DNA of 64,000 bases from Thermoplasmata archaeon (GTDB lineage Archaea > Thermoplasmatota > Thermoplasmata > Lutacidiplasmatales > UBA184): positions 6,742 to 70,741 of the forward strand of contig JBOGRO010000051.1 of the NCBI GenBank assembly GCA_050749465.1, read 5' to 3'. Below the pieces are notes generated by a model. The model searched no databases. It saw only the letters and a program-made list of their open reading frames with translations, and was not told the DNA's origin. The stretch's first letter is position 1. Every line of letters begins with the position of its first letter. Positions 24,972-34,567 of this stretch are shown here, piece by piece. A program made the translations under genes and the position numbers.

Positions 24972-27368
24972 GTGGGCGACGTGAGGCAGGACCTGGTCCC
25001 GCGGTCGCGCGCGGCGTACGTCGGGCAAGACATCCGCCGCCGCGAGGACCTGACCCTCGTACGCGGTCAGGGAACGTTCGTCGACGACGTGCACGTTCCC
25101 GGGCTGCTGCACGTCGCTTTCTTGCGCTCCCCCTACGCGTTCGCCCGCATCGGAGAGATCCAAACGGCGGCGGCCGAAGCCCTCCCGGGCGTCGTGGCGG
25201 TCGTGACGGGGCGTGGCCTCGATCTCGAGATCCCGTCGTGGATGGAGTTCCCCGGGGTGCGCGTCCCCGCCCGGCCCCTCCTCGCGCGAGATCGAGCGCT
25301 CTTCGTGGGCGATCCGGTCGTGGCCGTCGCGGCGACGGACCCGTACGTCGCGCGGGACGCGCTCGAGCTCCTCGAGGTCGACTTCGAGCCGATGACCCCG
25401 GTCCTGGACGCGGAGGAGGCGCTGCGACCCGAAGCTCCCCGTCTCTATCCCGAGTGGACGGACAACGTGATCGCCCGGCGATCGTTCCGCGCGGGCGACC
25501 CCGACGGCCAGTTCGCGCGGAAGGACGCGCTCCGGGTCAGCGCCCACGTCGTGAGCCACCGTTACTCGCCGACCCCGATAGAAACGCGGGGGATCCTCGC
25601 CGAGTACGACCCGGTCGCCGAGCTCCTCCGCATCCGTGCCTCGACCCAGTTTCCGCACGTCTTCGGGACGCTGACGAGCCAGGTCCTCCACGTCCCCGAG
25701 CATCACATCCGGGTCCAGGCCGGCAACGTCGGCGGTGGCTTCGGCATCAAGTCGGCGATCTTCCCGGACGAACTCGCGACGTGCTATCTCGCGGTGCGAC
25801 TGGGTCGGCCGGTCAAGTGGATCGAGAGCCGGACCGAGCACCTCCAGGTCGCCGGCCACGCCCGCCAACAGGTCCACGACATCGAGGGCGCGTTCCTTGC
25901 CGACGGAACCCTCCTCGCCGTGCGGAACCGGGCGGTCGCGGATATGGGGATCTACGGGACGTTCTGGACCGAGGTCCAGCCGGCGTTCCTCACCCAGATC
26001 CACCTGCCCGGGCCGTACCGATTCGCCCACTACGCCTACGACCTCACCTGCGTCGTCACGAACAAGGGCCCCTACGGGCCGCACCGCGGCTTCGGCCGCC
26101 CGGTCGGCACTTTCGTGATCGAACGGCTCCTCGACCGCGCCGCGCTCCAACTCGGTATCGACCCTGCCGAGCTGCGGCGGCGCAACCTCGTCCCCGCGGA
26201 CGCGATGCCGTACACGAACGCCCATGGCGTGGTCTACGACTCGGGCGATTACCCGCGTGCGTTCGCGCGGCTCCTCGAGTCGGCGGGGTACGCCCAGCTG
26301 CGGAAGCGACAGGTTCAGTTGCGACTCTCCGGACGGAGAACGGGGATCGGGCTCGCCTTCTACGTCGAGTACACCACCCCCAACTCGATCCAGGCCGGGA
26401 AGAACCTCGGGTGGGACGTCGGCGGCTACGACTCCGCGACGATCCGGATGGACTCGTCCGGGAAAGCGACGGTGCAGACGGGCCTGCTGAGCACGGGCCA
26501 GGCCCACGAGACGATCTTTGCTCAGATCACCGCGGACGAGCTGGGGCTCCCGCTCGACGACGTCATCGTTCACCAAGGAGACACGCGGAGCGCGCCGTAC
26601 GGCTTCGGTGCGTGGGCGAGCCGCGGCACGGTCGTCGGCGGCGGAGCGTGCATCCTCGCGGCCCGTCGCCTCAAAGAGAAGCTCCTGGCGATCGCGGCGT
26701 TTCGCCTCGAGAGCGCGCGCGACGACCTCGCGGTGGAGGACGGGGTGGTGCGGGACCGGACCGCATCGGGAAAGTCGATCTCGGTCGCGGAGCTCGCGAA
26801 GATCGCGATCCGCAAGCCGACGCTCCTCCCGCCGGGAATGGAGGCCGGTCTCGAGGTCACCGCCCGGTACGAGCCGATCCCGCGCACGACCTGCAGCTAC
26901 GCGGCGCATCTCGCGGAGGTCGAGGTCGACGAGGAGACCGGCAAGACGGTCGTACGCCGCTACTTCGTCGTCGACGACGCGGGCCGGATCGTGAACCCGA
27001 TGACCGCACACGGTCAGGTTCACGGTGCGGTAGCGCAGGGGATCGGCGGAACCCTCTTGGAGGAGCTCCGATACAGTCCCGAAGGGCAGTTGCTCTCCTC
27101 GACGTTCCAGGACTACCTGCTCCCAACGAGTCACGACATGCCGTCCGTCGATATCGTCACGATGGAGACACCGAGCGACAATCCGGGAGGCTTCAAGGGA
27201 CTGGGCGAGGGCGGCGCGATCGGCGCTCCCGCGGCGGTGACGAACGCGGTCGCGGACGCCTTTTCCGACCTCGCGGTCGACCTCTCCGAGACCCCACTGA
27301 CCCCCGAGCGCGTCGCGCGGGTCGTACGCGACGCGAAGGCGGCCCGGGTGGGGAGGAGCCCGCCCTGA
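24972..27368 (+). CDS. xanthine dehydrogenase/aldehyde oxidase-family molybdopterin-binding large subunit (CoxL-like; not a bona fide CO dehydrogenase)
   Basis: 798 aa, GTG start. N-terminal a/b-hammerhead (REDLTLVRGQGTFVDDV...AFLRSPYAFARI), GGGFGIKS motif, C-terminal GLGEGGAIGAPAAV. Active-site loop reads GPYGPHRGFGRP, not AYxCSFR. No adjacent small or medium subunit genes. Confidence 0.85.
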   Translation: MGDVRQDLVPRSRAAYVGQDIRRREDLTLVRGQGTFVDDVHVPGLLHVAFLRSPYAFARIGEIQTAAAEALPGVVAVVTGRGLDLEIPSWMEFPGVRVPARPLLARDRALFVGDPVVAVAATDPYVARDALELLEVDFEPMTPVLDAEEALRPEAPRLYPEWTDNVIARRSFRAGDPDGQFARKDALRVSAHVVSHRYSPTPIETRGILAEYDPVAELLRIRASTQFPHVFGTLTSQVLHVPEHHIRVQAGNVGGGFGIKSAIFPDELATCYLAVRLGRPVKWIESRTEHLQVAGHARQQVHDIEGAFLADGTLLAVRNRAVADMGIYGTFWTEVQPAFLTQIHLPGPYRFAHYAYDLTCVVTNKGPYGPHRGFGRPVGTFVIERLLDRAALQLGIDPAELRRRNLVPADAMPYTNAHGVVYDSGDYPRAFARLLESAGYAQLRKRQVQLRLSGRRTGIGLAFYVEYTTPNSIQAGKNLGWDVGGYDSATIRMDSSGKATVQTGLLSTGQAHETIFAQITADELGLPLDDVIVHQGDTRSAPYGFGAWASRGTVVGGGACILAARRLKEKLLAIAAFRLESARDDLAVEDGVVRDRTASGKSISVAELAKIAIRKPTLLPPGMEAGLEVTARYEPIPRTTCSYAAHLAEVEVDEETGKTVVRRYFVVDDAGRIVNPMTAHGQVHGAVAQGIGGTLLEELRYSPEGQLLSSTFQDYLLPTSHDMPSVDIVTMETPSDNPGGFKGLGEGGAIGAPAAVTNAVADAFSDLAVDLSETPLTPERVARVVRDAKAARVGRSPP

Positions 27369-27421
27369 GCGTCGACGTCGCCTCCGCCCGCGACCGAGTC
27401 GACGCGAGCTACCTTCGTCGG

Positions 27422-28612
27422 GTGCTCGCCCACCTCGTGGACGTCCCGAGCCCGACGGGCTCCGAAGCGAATGTCGCGGAGGTGTACCTCGAGGAGATGC
27501 AGGCGTTGGGACTTCGCGCGTCGCTCCAGGAGGTCGAGCCCGGCCGCCCGAACGCGGTCGGTCGCTGGCCGGGGCACGGCACCGGGCGACCCGTACTCCT
27601 GGACGGTCACCTCGACACCTCGTTCGGCGGGACCGAGCCCGAGCTCGTCGGGCCGGGCTACGAGACCCACCTGCGCGAGGAGGGCGCGCTCTACGTCGGG
27701 ATGGGGACCTTCAACATGAAAGGGGCCCTCGCCGCCTACCTCGGCGCCGTCAAGGCGCTCCTCGACGCCGGCGTCGAGCTGCCCGGCGACGTCACGGTCG
27801 CCGGGGTCGTCGGCGAGATCGAAAAGGCACCGGTCGACCGCTACCAGGGGCCGAGCTTCCAGGGGTACGGCCGGGGGACGCAGTACCTCATCGGCCACGG
27901 GCTACGTGCGGAGTGGGCCGTCCTCGGCGAGCCGACCGGGCTCGAGGTCGTTCGGGCGCACTTCGGCACGTACTGGGTCCGGCTGCGGGTGGCCGGCGAG
28001 GTGATCCACACCGCGTGGTCGGGCGGGAAGGTCAACGCGATCGAGTCGATGGCCCGGGTCCTCTCCGACCTCGACGAGTGGCGCCGTGCGTTCGCGACGC
28101 GCGCGAGCTACGAGGGGCTCGCGCCGATCTTGAACGTCGCGGCGATCGAGGGGGGCTGGCCGTGGCGCGCCGCTCGGACCCCCAGCGACTGTCGGCTCTA
28201 CGTCGACGTTCGAACACCGCCCGGCATGGAGGCGGTCGACCTGGACCGGGAGCTCGCGGCGTTGTTCCCGCGGACGCCGAAAGCGGGCGCCGTCCCCGTC
28301 ACCTACGAGCTGTACGTCACCGAGCCCGGCACCGAACTGGCCGTGACCCATCCTCTCGTGCGGTCGCTGGTCGCGGCGCATACGGCCACGACCGGATCCC
28401 CGCCGGCGGTGGGCGTCGTCCGATGGTACTCGGACGCCGCGCTCCTGAACCGCGCGGGCGTCGCGACGGTCAATTACGGGCCGTCCGGCCGCCTTCCGGG
28501 GGGCGAAGTGGGTTTCTCGGTGCCGAAGGGAGAGTTCCTGTCGAAGGTCGACCTCGAGCAGTGCACGCGGGTCTACGTCGACTGGCTGGTCCGGGCCACC
28601 GCCGGGGCGTGA
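27422..28612 (+). CDS. M20-family metallopeptidase/deacylase (ArgE/DapE-like)
   Basis: LLDGHLDTSF, GMGTFNMKGALAAY, VAGVVGEIEK. First canonical in-frame start is the GTG at 27422. The open frame continues upstream to a CTG at 27365 that overlaps the previous stop, so the N-terminus may be longer. Confidence 0.8.
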   Translation: MLAHLVDVPSPTGSEANVAEVYLEEMQALGLRASLQEVEPGRPNAVGRWPGHGTGRPVLLDGHLDTSFGGTEPELVGPGYETHLREEGALYVGMGTFNMKGALAAYLGAVKALLDAGVELPGDVTVAGVVGEIEKAPVDRYQGPSFQGYGRGTQYLIGHGLRAEWAVLGEPTGLEVVRAHFGTYWVRLRVAGEVIHTAWSGGKVNAIESMARVLSDLDEWRRAFATRASYEGLAPILNVAAIEGGWPWRAARTPSDCRLYVDVRTPPGMEAVDLDRELAALFPRTPKAGAVPVTYELYVTEPGTELAVTHPLVRSLVAAHTATTGSPPAVGVVRWYSDAALLNRAGVATVNYGPSGRLPGGEVGFSVPKGEFLSKVDLEQCTRVYVDWLVRATAGA

Positions 28613-28625
28613 GCGGAGGCGACGG

Positions 28626-29105
28626 ATGTACTACGAGGAGTTCTCGGTCGGGTCCGTCCTTCCGACCCACGGGCGAACGATCACCGAGACCGACGTCGTC
28701 CTCTTCGCGACCGTGACCGGAGCCCAGAACCCACTCTTCCTCGACGCCGAATACGCGAAGTCGACCTCGTTCGGTTCGCGGATCGTCCCGGGTCTCCTCA
28801 CCCTCTCGATCGCGGTCGGGCTCGCCTACCAACTGCCCCAAGGACCGTTCGGGGACGGGTTCGTCGCGCTCCTCGGCCTCGAGTTCAAGACCCCGCGGCC
28901 GGTCCGCATCGGCGACACGCTCGCGGTCGAGGTCCGGGTCGTCGAGCGCGAGCCGCCGGCCCGGGGCCGGGGCGTGGTCGTCCTCGGACTCACGGGTCGC
29001 CTCGGCCCGGAGACGGTCGTGCTCGAGGCGACGGGCCGATTCCTCGTGCGCACCCGGGGAGCCGCGGACGTCGCGAAGCCCGCCGCTACCGGATCGGCGC
29101 GTTGA
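28626..29105 (+). CDS. MaoC-like (R)-hydratase / hotdog-fold dehydratase
   Basis: 159 aa. EEFSVGSVLPTHGRTITETDVVLFATVTGAQNPLFLD...IVPGLLTLS matches the MaoC dehydratase pattern. Confidence 0.8.
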   Translation: MYYEEFSVGSVLPTHGRTITETDVVLFATVTGAQNPLFLDAEYAKSTSFGSRIVPGLLTLSIAVGLAYQLPQGPFGDGFVALLGLEFKTPRPVRIGDTLAVEVRVVEREPPARGRGVVVLGLTGRLGPETVVLEATGRFLVRTRGAADVAKPAATGSAR

Positions 29106-29853
29106 TCGGCGAGCGTCCCCGGTTGAGAACGATCTGCTCGGCCGGCGACGGCGACCAGAGCTGCGCCGCGTCGAGCTTCCCCAGGAGGCCCGTCGCCGTG
29201 CCCGGTGGCTCTGAGTGGTCATAGCGGACCCAGACCCGGGTGAACGGGTTGCGGCCTTCGTCGTACCCGATCCCCGCGGCCGCCCGGGCCGCCATGGCGC
29301 GATGGATCGAGCGAGCGGCCTCGTCCGGAACGGGGACCGCGATCGGTGCGCCGCTCTCCGGCTCCACGCGGAGGAACGCGCGCGGTCGATACCCCCCGTC
29401 GGGGAGACGAAGGGGCGGGTTCAGTCCCGGTGGGCTGACGAACACGCGGCCCGCCTCCAGAGGGGCCTCGTAGACGCGGGAGCCCCCGGCCGGCTCGCCG
29501 ACGACGCGGACCCGGTCCGGCGCGAGCTCGAGCCGCGCGCCGAGCGGGCGTCGGATCGTCTCGGCATGCAAGCGCAGCGAGTAAGAGAAGGCGATCCCGA
29601 GGACGCCGCAGAAGACGAGGAGCGCGAGGACCCAGTCGGTGAGCAGGGACGGCCCGGCCCGGACCGCGAAGACGCCCACGACGACCACGACCGCGGTCAA
29701 GGCCCCGTACGGAACTCCCGTGCGCCGGATCGTGTTTCGGCGCTCCGCGCGGGCCCCGGCACGGGCCCGCTCGCTGGTCGGGGAGAGGTCCCACTCCCCC
29801 CGCGCCGGCCCCGATGCGAGCGGCGCGGACGCGGCCACGGGTCGGGGAGCCAC
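29086..29853 (-). CDS. hypothetical membrane protein (two TM helices)
   Basis: 255 aa. Hydrophobic pair YGALTAVVVVVGVFAV / WVLALLVFCGVLGIAF followed by a soluble domain. The 3' end overlaps the convergent MaoC gene by 20 nt. Start uncertain. Confidence 0.45.
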   Translation of the reverse strand: MAPRPVAASAPLASGPARGEWDLSPTSERARAGARAERRNTIRRTGVPYGALTAVVVVVGVFAVRAGPSLLTDWVLALLVFCGVLGIAFSYSLRLHAETIRRPLGARLELAPDRVRVVGEPAGGSRVYEAPLEAGRVFVSPPGLNPPLRLPDGGYRPRAFLRVEPESGAPIAVPVPDEAARSIHRAMAARAAAGIGYDEGRNPFTRVWVRYDHSEPPGTATGLLGKLDAAQLWSPSPAEQIVLNRGRSPINAPIR

Positions 29854-29914
29854 GCGGCGCCCCTTAACGTCCCGGCCCGTGAGGGGCGCCGACGACGGTT
29901 TTGAAAACAGGGGG

Positions 29915-29922
29915 ATTTATCT
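29915..29922 (+). promoter_or_regulatory. TATA box (ATTTATCT) for the MFS transporter gene
   Basis: Centred 27 nt upstream of the ATG at 29946. This supports that ATG over the start at 29901. Confidence 0.45.
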
Positions 29923-29945
29923 GCAAAGAAGCCCTCGAGCGCCGC

Positions 29946-31403
29946 ATGGCCACGCGTGAGGCCGCCCCGACCTCGGGGACGGGTGCGGTGAGCGCCTGGA
30001 GTCCGCCGAGCGACCCCGCGAAGCAGCGGCGGAATGCGATCATCATCGTCATCCTCGCCTTCCTCGGATGGATGATGGTCTGGACCGACGGAAACCTCGT
30101 CCTGATCATGTATCCCGACGTGATGCCGCACGTCTACTCGAGCTTCCCGTCCTATCTCTGGGTCCCGATGTTCTCGGGGATGCTGTTCATCAGCTTCCTT
30201 GCGGCGTGGATCGGGAGCCTGATCATCGGCCCCCTCATGGACCGCTACGGCCGCCGCGCGCTCTTCCAGATCACGATCCTCGGCACCGCGATCTTCTCCG
30301 GCTTCCAGTACTTCATCACGAGCTTCTGGAACTGGACCGGCCTCCGATCGGTCGACCAGCTGCTCAACAACAGCGAGTGGTCGGTCGGCGGCACGATGGT
30401 CACCGAGACCGTCTCGACCCGCATGCGGGGGATCGCGCTCGCGATCATGCAATCGGGGTTCGTCGCGGGCTACGCCACCGCGGCCCTGATCGTCTACTAC
30501 GTCCTGCCCGCGTTCCCCGCGAACGTGGGGTTCCGCGTCGCATTCCTCGTCAGCGTCTTCCCCGCGATCGTGATCGCGATCGCCCGGTACTGGGTCCGCG
30601 ACCCGCCGCGCTATGAGGCGATCCGCGCGTTGAAGCGCGCGCAGAAGGCGAACGACCCGGCGACGATCGTCGCGATCGAGAAGGTCTACCCGACCGACCA
30701 GCTTCGTGCGACGAAGTTCACCTACGTCCAGATCCTCTCGCGCGACCAGGTCCGCAAGTCCGTCTCGCTCGCGTTCTGGTCGTTCATGCTCGCCGGGATC
30801 GGGATCGCCCTCCTGACGTTCATGCCGCTCTACATCGAGTTCTTCAAAGGGATCACGTACACCGGGATCACGGGCCTCTATGCGATCGCGCTCTACGCCA
30901 CGATCCCCGCCTACCTCGTGAACGGCTTCATCGCGGACTACATCGGGGCGAAGTACTCCGCGCTCCTTTTCGCCGCCATCGAGGTCATCGGGATCATGGT
31001 GTTCATCTCGCCGTCGATCCATGGCTACTACCCCACGTTCTTCTCGTTCCTGCTCTTCTCGTGGGGCCTCAACGGAGCCTTCGCGAGCACGATCCGGATG
31101 AACACGGAGTCGTTCCCGACCCGGGCCCGGGGGACGGGCTCGGGGTGGGTCAACGCCTGGTACTCGTTCGGCTTCGCGATCTGGCCCGTGATCTTCGGCG
31201 GCTTCGCGATCCCGATGTTCGCGGGAACGAATTTCTTCGTGAACTACTCGGGCGCGCTCAACTTCGTGACCCTCTCCGCCTCCCAGTGGGGGACGGTCTT
31301 CACGTGGTATGCGGCCTTCCCGATGGTCATCACCATCATCGTCTGTTGGCTCGGGATCCCGTATGTCCGCGGACGCGCGGCGCTTGAGGAGATCTCCACG
31401 TAA
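29946..31403 (+). CDS. MFS transporter
   Basis: About 485 aa, about 12 hydrophobic helices, MFS motif A GPLMDRYGRRAL between TM2 and TM3. Confidence 0.85.
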   Translation: MATREAAPTSGTGAVSAWSPPSDPAKQRRNAIIIVILAFLGWMMVWTDGNLVLIMYPDVMPHVYSSFPSYLWVPMFSGMLFISFLAAWIGSLIIGPLMDRYGRRALFQITILGTAIFSGFQYFITSFWNWTGLRSVDQLLNNSEWSVGGTMVTETVSTRMRGIALAIMQSGFVAGYATAALIVYYVLPAFPANVGFRVAFLVSVFPAIVIAIARYWVRDPPRYEAIRALKRAQKANDPATIVAIEKVYPTDQLRATKFTYVQILSRDQVRKSVSLAFWSFMLAGIGIALLTFMPLYIEFFKGITYTGITGLYAIALYATIPAYLVNGFIADYIGAKYSALLFAAIEVIGIMVFISPSIHGYYPTFFSFLLFSWGLNGAFASTIRMNTESFPTRARGTGSGWVNAWYSFGFAIWPVIFGGFAIPMFAGTNFFVNYSGALNFVTLSASQWGTVFTWYAAFPMVITIIVCWLGIPYVRGRAALEEIST

Positions 31404-31469
31404 CGGCCGCTCGGGAGCGGCCGGGCCCCCGCACCGCCGAGGGTCCGACCCGGGGCCGGCGCGCGCCGG

Positions 31470-32261
31470 CTACGGTCCGCCGAATCGCGGCGGCCGTTTC
31501 TCGAGGAACGCGTCGATCCCCTCGCGGAGGTCGTCGGTCCCGAAGCAGCGCGCGAAGAGCCGGGCCTCGTAATCGAGGCCCTCCGAGAGCGGCAGCTCGA
31601 ACGAGCGTCGGACGGCGTCCTTGATGTGCGCCAGAACGGCGGGGCTCTTCGCGGCGAGCTCCTTCGCGGCGCGGTCGACCGTCGCGTCGAGCTCGTCGGG
31701 AGCGACGACCGCGTTGACGAGCCCGCGGCGCAGCGCCTCACCGGCGTCGATCACTCGGCCGGTGAAAGCGAGCTCGAGGGCGGCGCGGGGCCCGATCATC
31801 CGGGGCAGTCGTTGCGTCCCGCCCGCCCCCGGCATGAGACCGACGTTCACCTCGGTCTGGCCGAAGCGGGCGTCCGAGGAGGCGTAGACGAGGTCGCACG
31901 CCATCGCGAGCTCGTTGCCGCCGCCCAGGGCGTACCCGCGGACCTTCGCGATCACGGGCTTCGGGTACTCCGCGATCCGGCGGAGCGCCGCGCGGGACGT
32001 CCGCGTGTACTCGAGCGCTTGGGCCGGGGTCCAGTCGCGGAACATCCGTAGGTCCGCGCCGGCGCTGAACGCCTTATCGCCGGCGCCCGAGATCACGACG
32101 ACCCGGACCTCGGGGTCGTTCTCGAAGCACTCGAGCGCGGCGATCAGCTCGAGGCGACTCTCGCGGTCGAGCGCGTTCCGTACTTCGGGGCGCTGGATCG
32201 TCAGGAAGAGGACCGGCGGGGCGCGACGGACGTCGATCCGCGCGACGGAGGACCCGGACAT
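31470..32261 (-). CDS. enoyl-CoA hydratase/isomerase (crotonase family)
   Basis: ATG 32261. LTIQRPEVRNAL, VVVISGAGDKAFSAGADL, GYALGGGNELAMACD. Confidence 0.9.
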   Translation of the reverse strand: MSGSSVARIDVRRAPPVLFLTIQRPEVRNALDRESRLELIAALECFENDPEVRVVVISGAGDKAFSAGADLRMFRDWTPAQALEYTRTSRAALRRIAEYPKPVIAKVRGYALGGGNELAMACDLVYASSDARFGQTEVNVGLMPGAGGTQRLPRMIGPRAALELAFTGRVIDAGEALRRGLVNAVVAPDELDATVDRAAKELAAKSPAVLAHIKDAVRRSFELPLSEGLDYEARLFARCFGTDDLREGIDAFLEKRPPRFGGP

Positions 32262-32346
32262 GATCGGCGCGAGAGCCGACGACCCTCCATAATCCTTCCG
32301 CGGACCGCCCGCCGCGCTCGGGCGGGGCACCCGGCCCGTCGGCCGC

Positions 32347-33570
32347 TCAGCTCCCTCGAAGGGCTCGGTGGATCCGACGGACTCCTTCCTCGATCGCAGA
32401 ACGCGGCACGCAGAAGACGAGGCGAAACCGCCGTCGGCCGGCGGGCCCGAAGTACTCTCCGGGCTTCGCGAGCACGCCGGCGCGGTCGACGAGGAACTCC
32501 GTGAACTTTCGGCCGTCGCCGTATCCCTTCGGGACCGCCGGGAAGACCTCGAAACCGCCCTGGGGGAGCGGGGTCGGGATCCCGGCGGCCTCGAGCCCGT
32601 TCACCAGGAGATGCCGGTGCGCGTCGTAATGCCGCGCTACCGCGGTGAGCGTCGATCGGGGTTGGGCGAGGGCGACCGCGCCCGCGTACTGGACCGCGGT
32701 GTTCACGCTGCCCCGGATCTCGAACGCCACCTTCTCGAACTGCTCGATGAGCGGGGGGGCAGCGATGACGTAGCCGAGCCTCCAGCCCGTCATCGCGTGG
32801 GCTTTCGACAATCCGCTGACGATGATCGTCCGCTCCCTCGCGCCCGAGAGGGAGCCCATCGAGTGGTACGGTCGGCCGTCGTAGACGAGCGGCGCGTAGT
32901 TCTCGTCGGAGAGGATCATCAGCCCGTGTCGCTCCGCAATACCGAGGAGCCCCTCGAGTTCGGGGCGAGAGTAGAGGGCACCCGTGGGGTTGTTCGGGTG
33001 GCAGATGACGATGCCTTTCGTCCGTCGGCGGACGCCCCGCTCGATCGCCTCGAGGTCGAGGTGGAACGTCGGGTCGGTCGGAACGAAGCGCGCGCGCCCC
33101 CCGAGGATGTCGAGGATCGGCTCGTAGTTCGCGAAGGTCGGGTTGGGGAGCAGGAGCTCCTCGCCGGGGTCGACCAGCGCCGAGAACGCGACGAAGAGGC
33201 CCTCGCCACTTCCGACCGTCGCGAGGACCTGCGACTCCGCGTCGACCCGGACCCGGAAGTGACGGTCGTAGTACTTCGCGACGGCCCGCACGAAGGCGGG
33301 CAGGCCCCGGATCCTCGAGTACCGGTTCGCGCCGGGGATCCGCCGGATCGCATGCACGAGGGCTCGCTTCACGACCGGCGCGATCTCGAGGTCCGGCTCG
33401 GCGATGTCGAGCCCGATCACGCCTCCGGGTCGGCGGCGGGCGAGCCCGGCGAGCACGCTGATCGCGTAATCGTGGTGCCGGATCCGAGCGCGGACGAGCC
33501 GTTCGATCGAGTCGGCTCCCGGCGCGGTCGGCGCGGAAGGCCGAGCGGGCTTTGGGCGGCGCCTCGTCAC
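32347..33570 (-). CDS. class I/II pyridoxal-phosphate aminotransferase
   Basis: GTG 33570, 28 nt downstream of a TATA-like box. ICHPNNPTGA and SGLSKAHAMTGWRLGY (PLP Lys). The 538-aa ORF-track version has an implausible R/P-rich extension. Confidence 0.85.
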   Translation of the reverse strand: MTRRRPKPARPSAPTAPGADSIERLVRARIRHHDYAISVLAGLARRRPGGVIGLDIAEPDLEIAPVVKRALVHAIRRIPGANRYSRIRGLPAFVRAVAKYYDRHFRVRVDAESQVLATVGSGEGLFVAFSALVDPGEELLLPNPTFANYEPILDILGGRARFVPTDPTFHLDLEAIERGVRRRTKGIVICHPNNPTGALYSRPELEGLLGIAERHGLMILSDENYAPLVYDGRPYHSMGSLSGARERTIIVSGLSKAHAMTGWRLGYVIAAPPLIEQFEKVAFEIRGSVNTAVQYAGAVALAQPRSTLTAVARHYDAHRHLLVNGLEAAGIPTPLPQGGFEVFPAVPKGYGDGRKFTEFLVDRAGVLAKPGEYFGPAGRRRFRLVFCVPRSAIEEGVRRIHRALRGS

Positions 33571-33594
33571 GCGAGCTCCCACTCCCGTTCGTGG

Positions 33595-33602
33595 GATAAA
33601 GG
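33595..33602 (-). promoter_or_regulatory. TATA-like box (CCTTTATC on minus) for the aminotransferase-crotonase unit
   Basis: A/T-rich element centred about 28 nt upstream of the GTG at 33570, in the divergent spacer shared with the SDR-StyA-StyB operon. Confidence 0.4.
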
Positions 33603-33745
33603 GCACTCCTCTCTGACCGGTTCGTACGGACCGTGGGGCCTTCCGACGGCGCGGGGAGGAGCGAACCTCCCCGGCGCGAATGAAACCTTTAACCTCGTGG
33701 GCCGTTTCCGTCGACGGTCGTTTCTCGAGGTCCAGAGGCGCGAGG

Positions 33746-34567
33746 ATGCCGGTCGAATCCAGGGTCGCTATCGTCACCGGCGGGGCCAGCCTGATCGGCG
33801 CGACGGTCGCCCGCGCCTTCCGCGAGGCCGGTACCCGGGTCGTCGTCGCGGACATCGACGACGCGCGCGGAACGGTGCTCGCCCGAGAGCTCGGACCGCG
33901 GCTGCGTTTCGTCCGGACCGACCTCGCCGACGACCGCTCGATCGCAAACCTGGTGCGGACCACCCTCGAGCTGTTCGGCGGGATCGACTACCTCGTGAAC
34001 CTTGCGTGCGTCTACGCGGACGAAGGGGTCGAGTCGAGTCGGGACGACTGGCGGCGCTCGTTCGACGTGAACGTGAGCGGAGGCGCGCGTCTCGTCCGCG
34101 AGTCGCTTCCGTACCTCAAGGCGCGTCCCGGTGCCGCGATCGTCAACGTCGGGAGCATCAGCGCCAAGGTCGCCCAGTCGGGGCGTTGGGTCTACCCCGC
34201 GACGAAGGCGGCGGTCCATCAGCTCACCCGCAGCGAGGCCGCCGACCTCGCGGCGTTCGGAATCCGCGTCAACACCGTCTCGCCCGGATGGACCTGGTCG
34301 TCGGTGATCGAGCGTCTCGCCGAGGGAGACCGCGCGCACGCGGACGCGGTCGCGGCGCCCTTCCACATGCTGGGCCGCCTCGCGGACCCGAAGGAGGTCG
34401 CGGCGGCGGTCCTGTTCCTCTGCTCCGAGCGAGCGTCGTTCATCACCGGTGCGGACCTCCCCGTCGACGGGGGCTACTCCGCGCTCGGGCCCGAGCAGCG
34501 GACCCCGGCCATTCCTCGGTTGACCCCCCCGTCCGGTCGGCGACCGAGGAAGAGAAGGAAACGATGA
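33746..34567 (+). CDS. short-chain dehydrogenase/reductase (SDR)
   Basis: ATG 33746 (MPVESRVAIVTGGASLIG). YPATK catalytic YxxxK, PGWT, C-terminal basic tail. The stop overlaps the next ATG (ATGA). Confidence 0.9.
   Translation: MPVESRVAIVTGGASLIGATVARAFREAGTRVVVADIDDARGTVLARELGPRLRFVRTDLADDRSIANLVRTTLELFGGIDYLVNLACVYADEGVESSRDDWRRSFDVNVSGGARLVRESLPYLKARPGAAIVNVGSISAKVAQSGRWVYPATKAAVHQLTRSEAADLAAFGIRVNTVSPGWTWSSVIERLAEGDRAHADAVAAPFHMLGRLADPKEVAAAVLFLCSERASFITGADLPVDGGYSALGPEQRTPAIPRLTPPSGRRPRKRRKR

Noticed and set aside
24972-27368. Carbon monoxide dehydrogenase annotation for the CoxL-like subunits (also 41470-44028)
   Set aside because: Neither large subunit shows the form I AYxCSFR or the form II AYRGAGR active-site loop at the expected position. 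The loops read GPHRGFGRP and [10 protein letters not shown]. They are called generic xanthine-oxidase-family enzymes instead.
25238-28612. 1124-aa plus-strand ORF spanning the Mo-subunit gene in another frame. Long N-terminal extensions also occur in ORFs 32368-35784, 3449-4879, 41371-44028 and 45789-47762.
   Set aside because: Only the 3' portions have real family matches: M20 peptidase, StyA-like, ABC ATPase, CoxL-like and FAH. The upstream parts overlap other bona fide genes out of frame and are R/P/G-rich. Starts were moved to internal ATG or GTG codons that give 4-nt overlaps or sensible N-termini.
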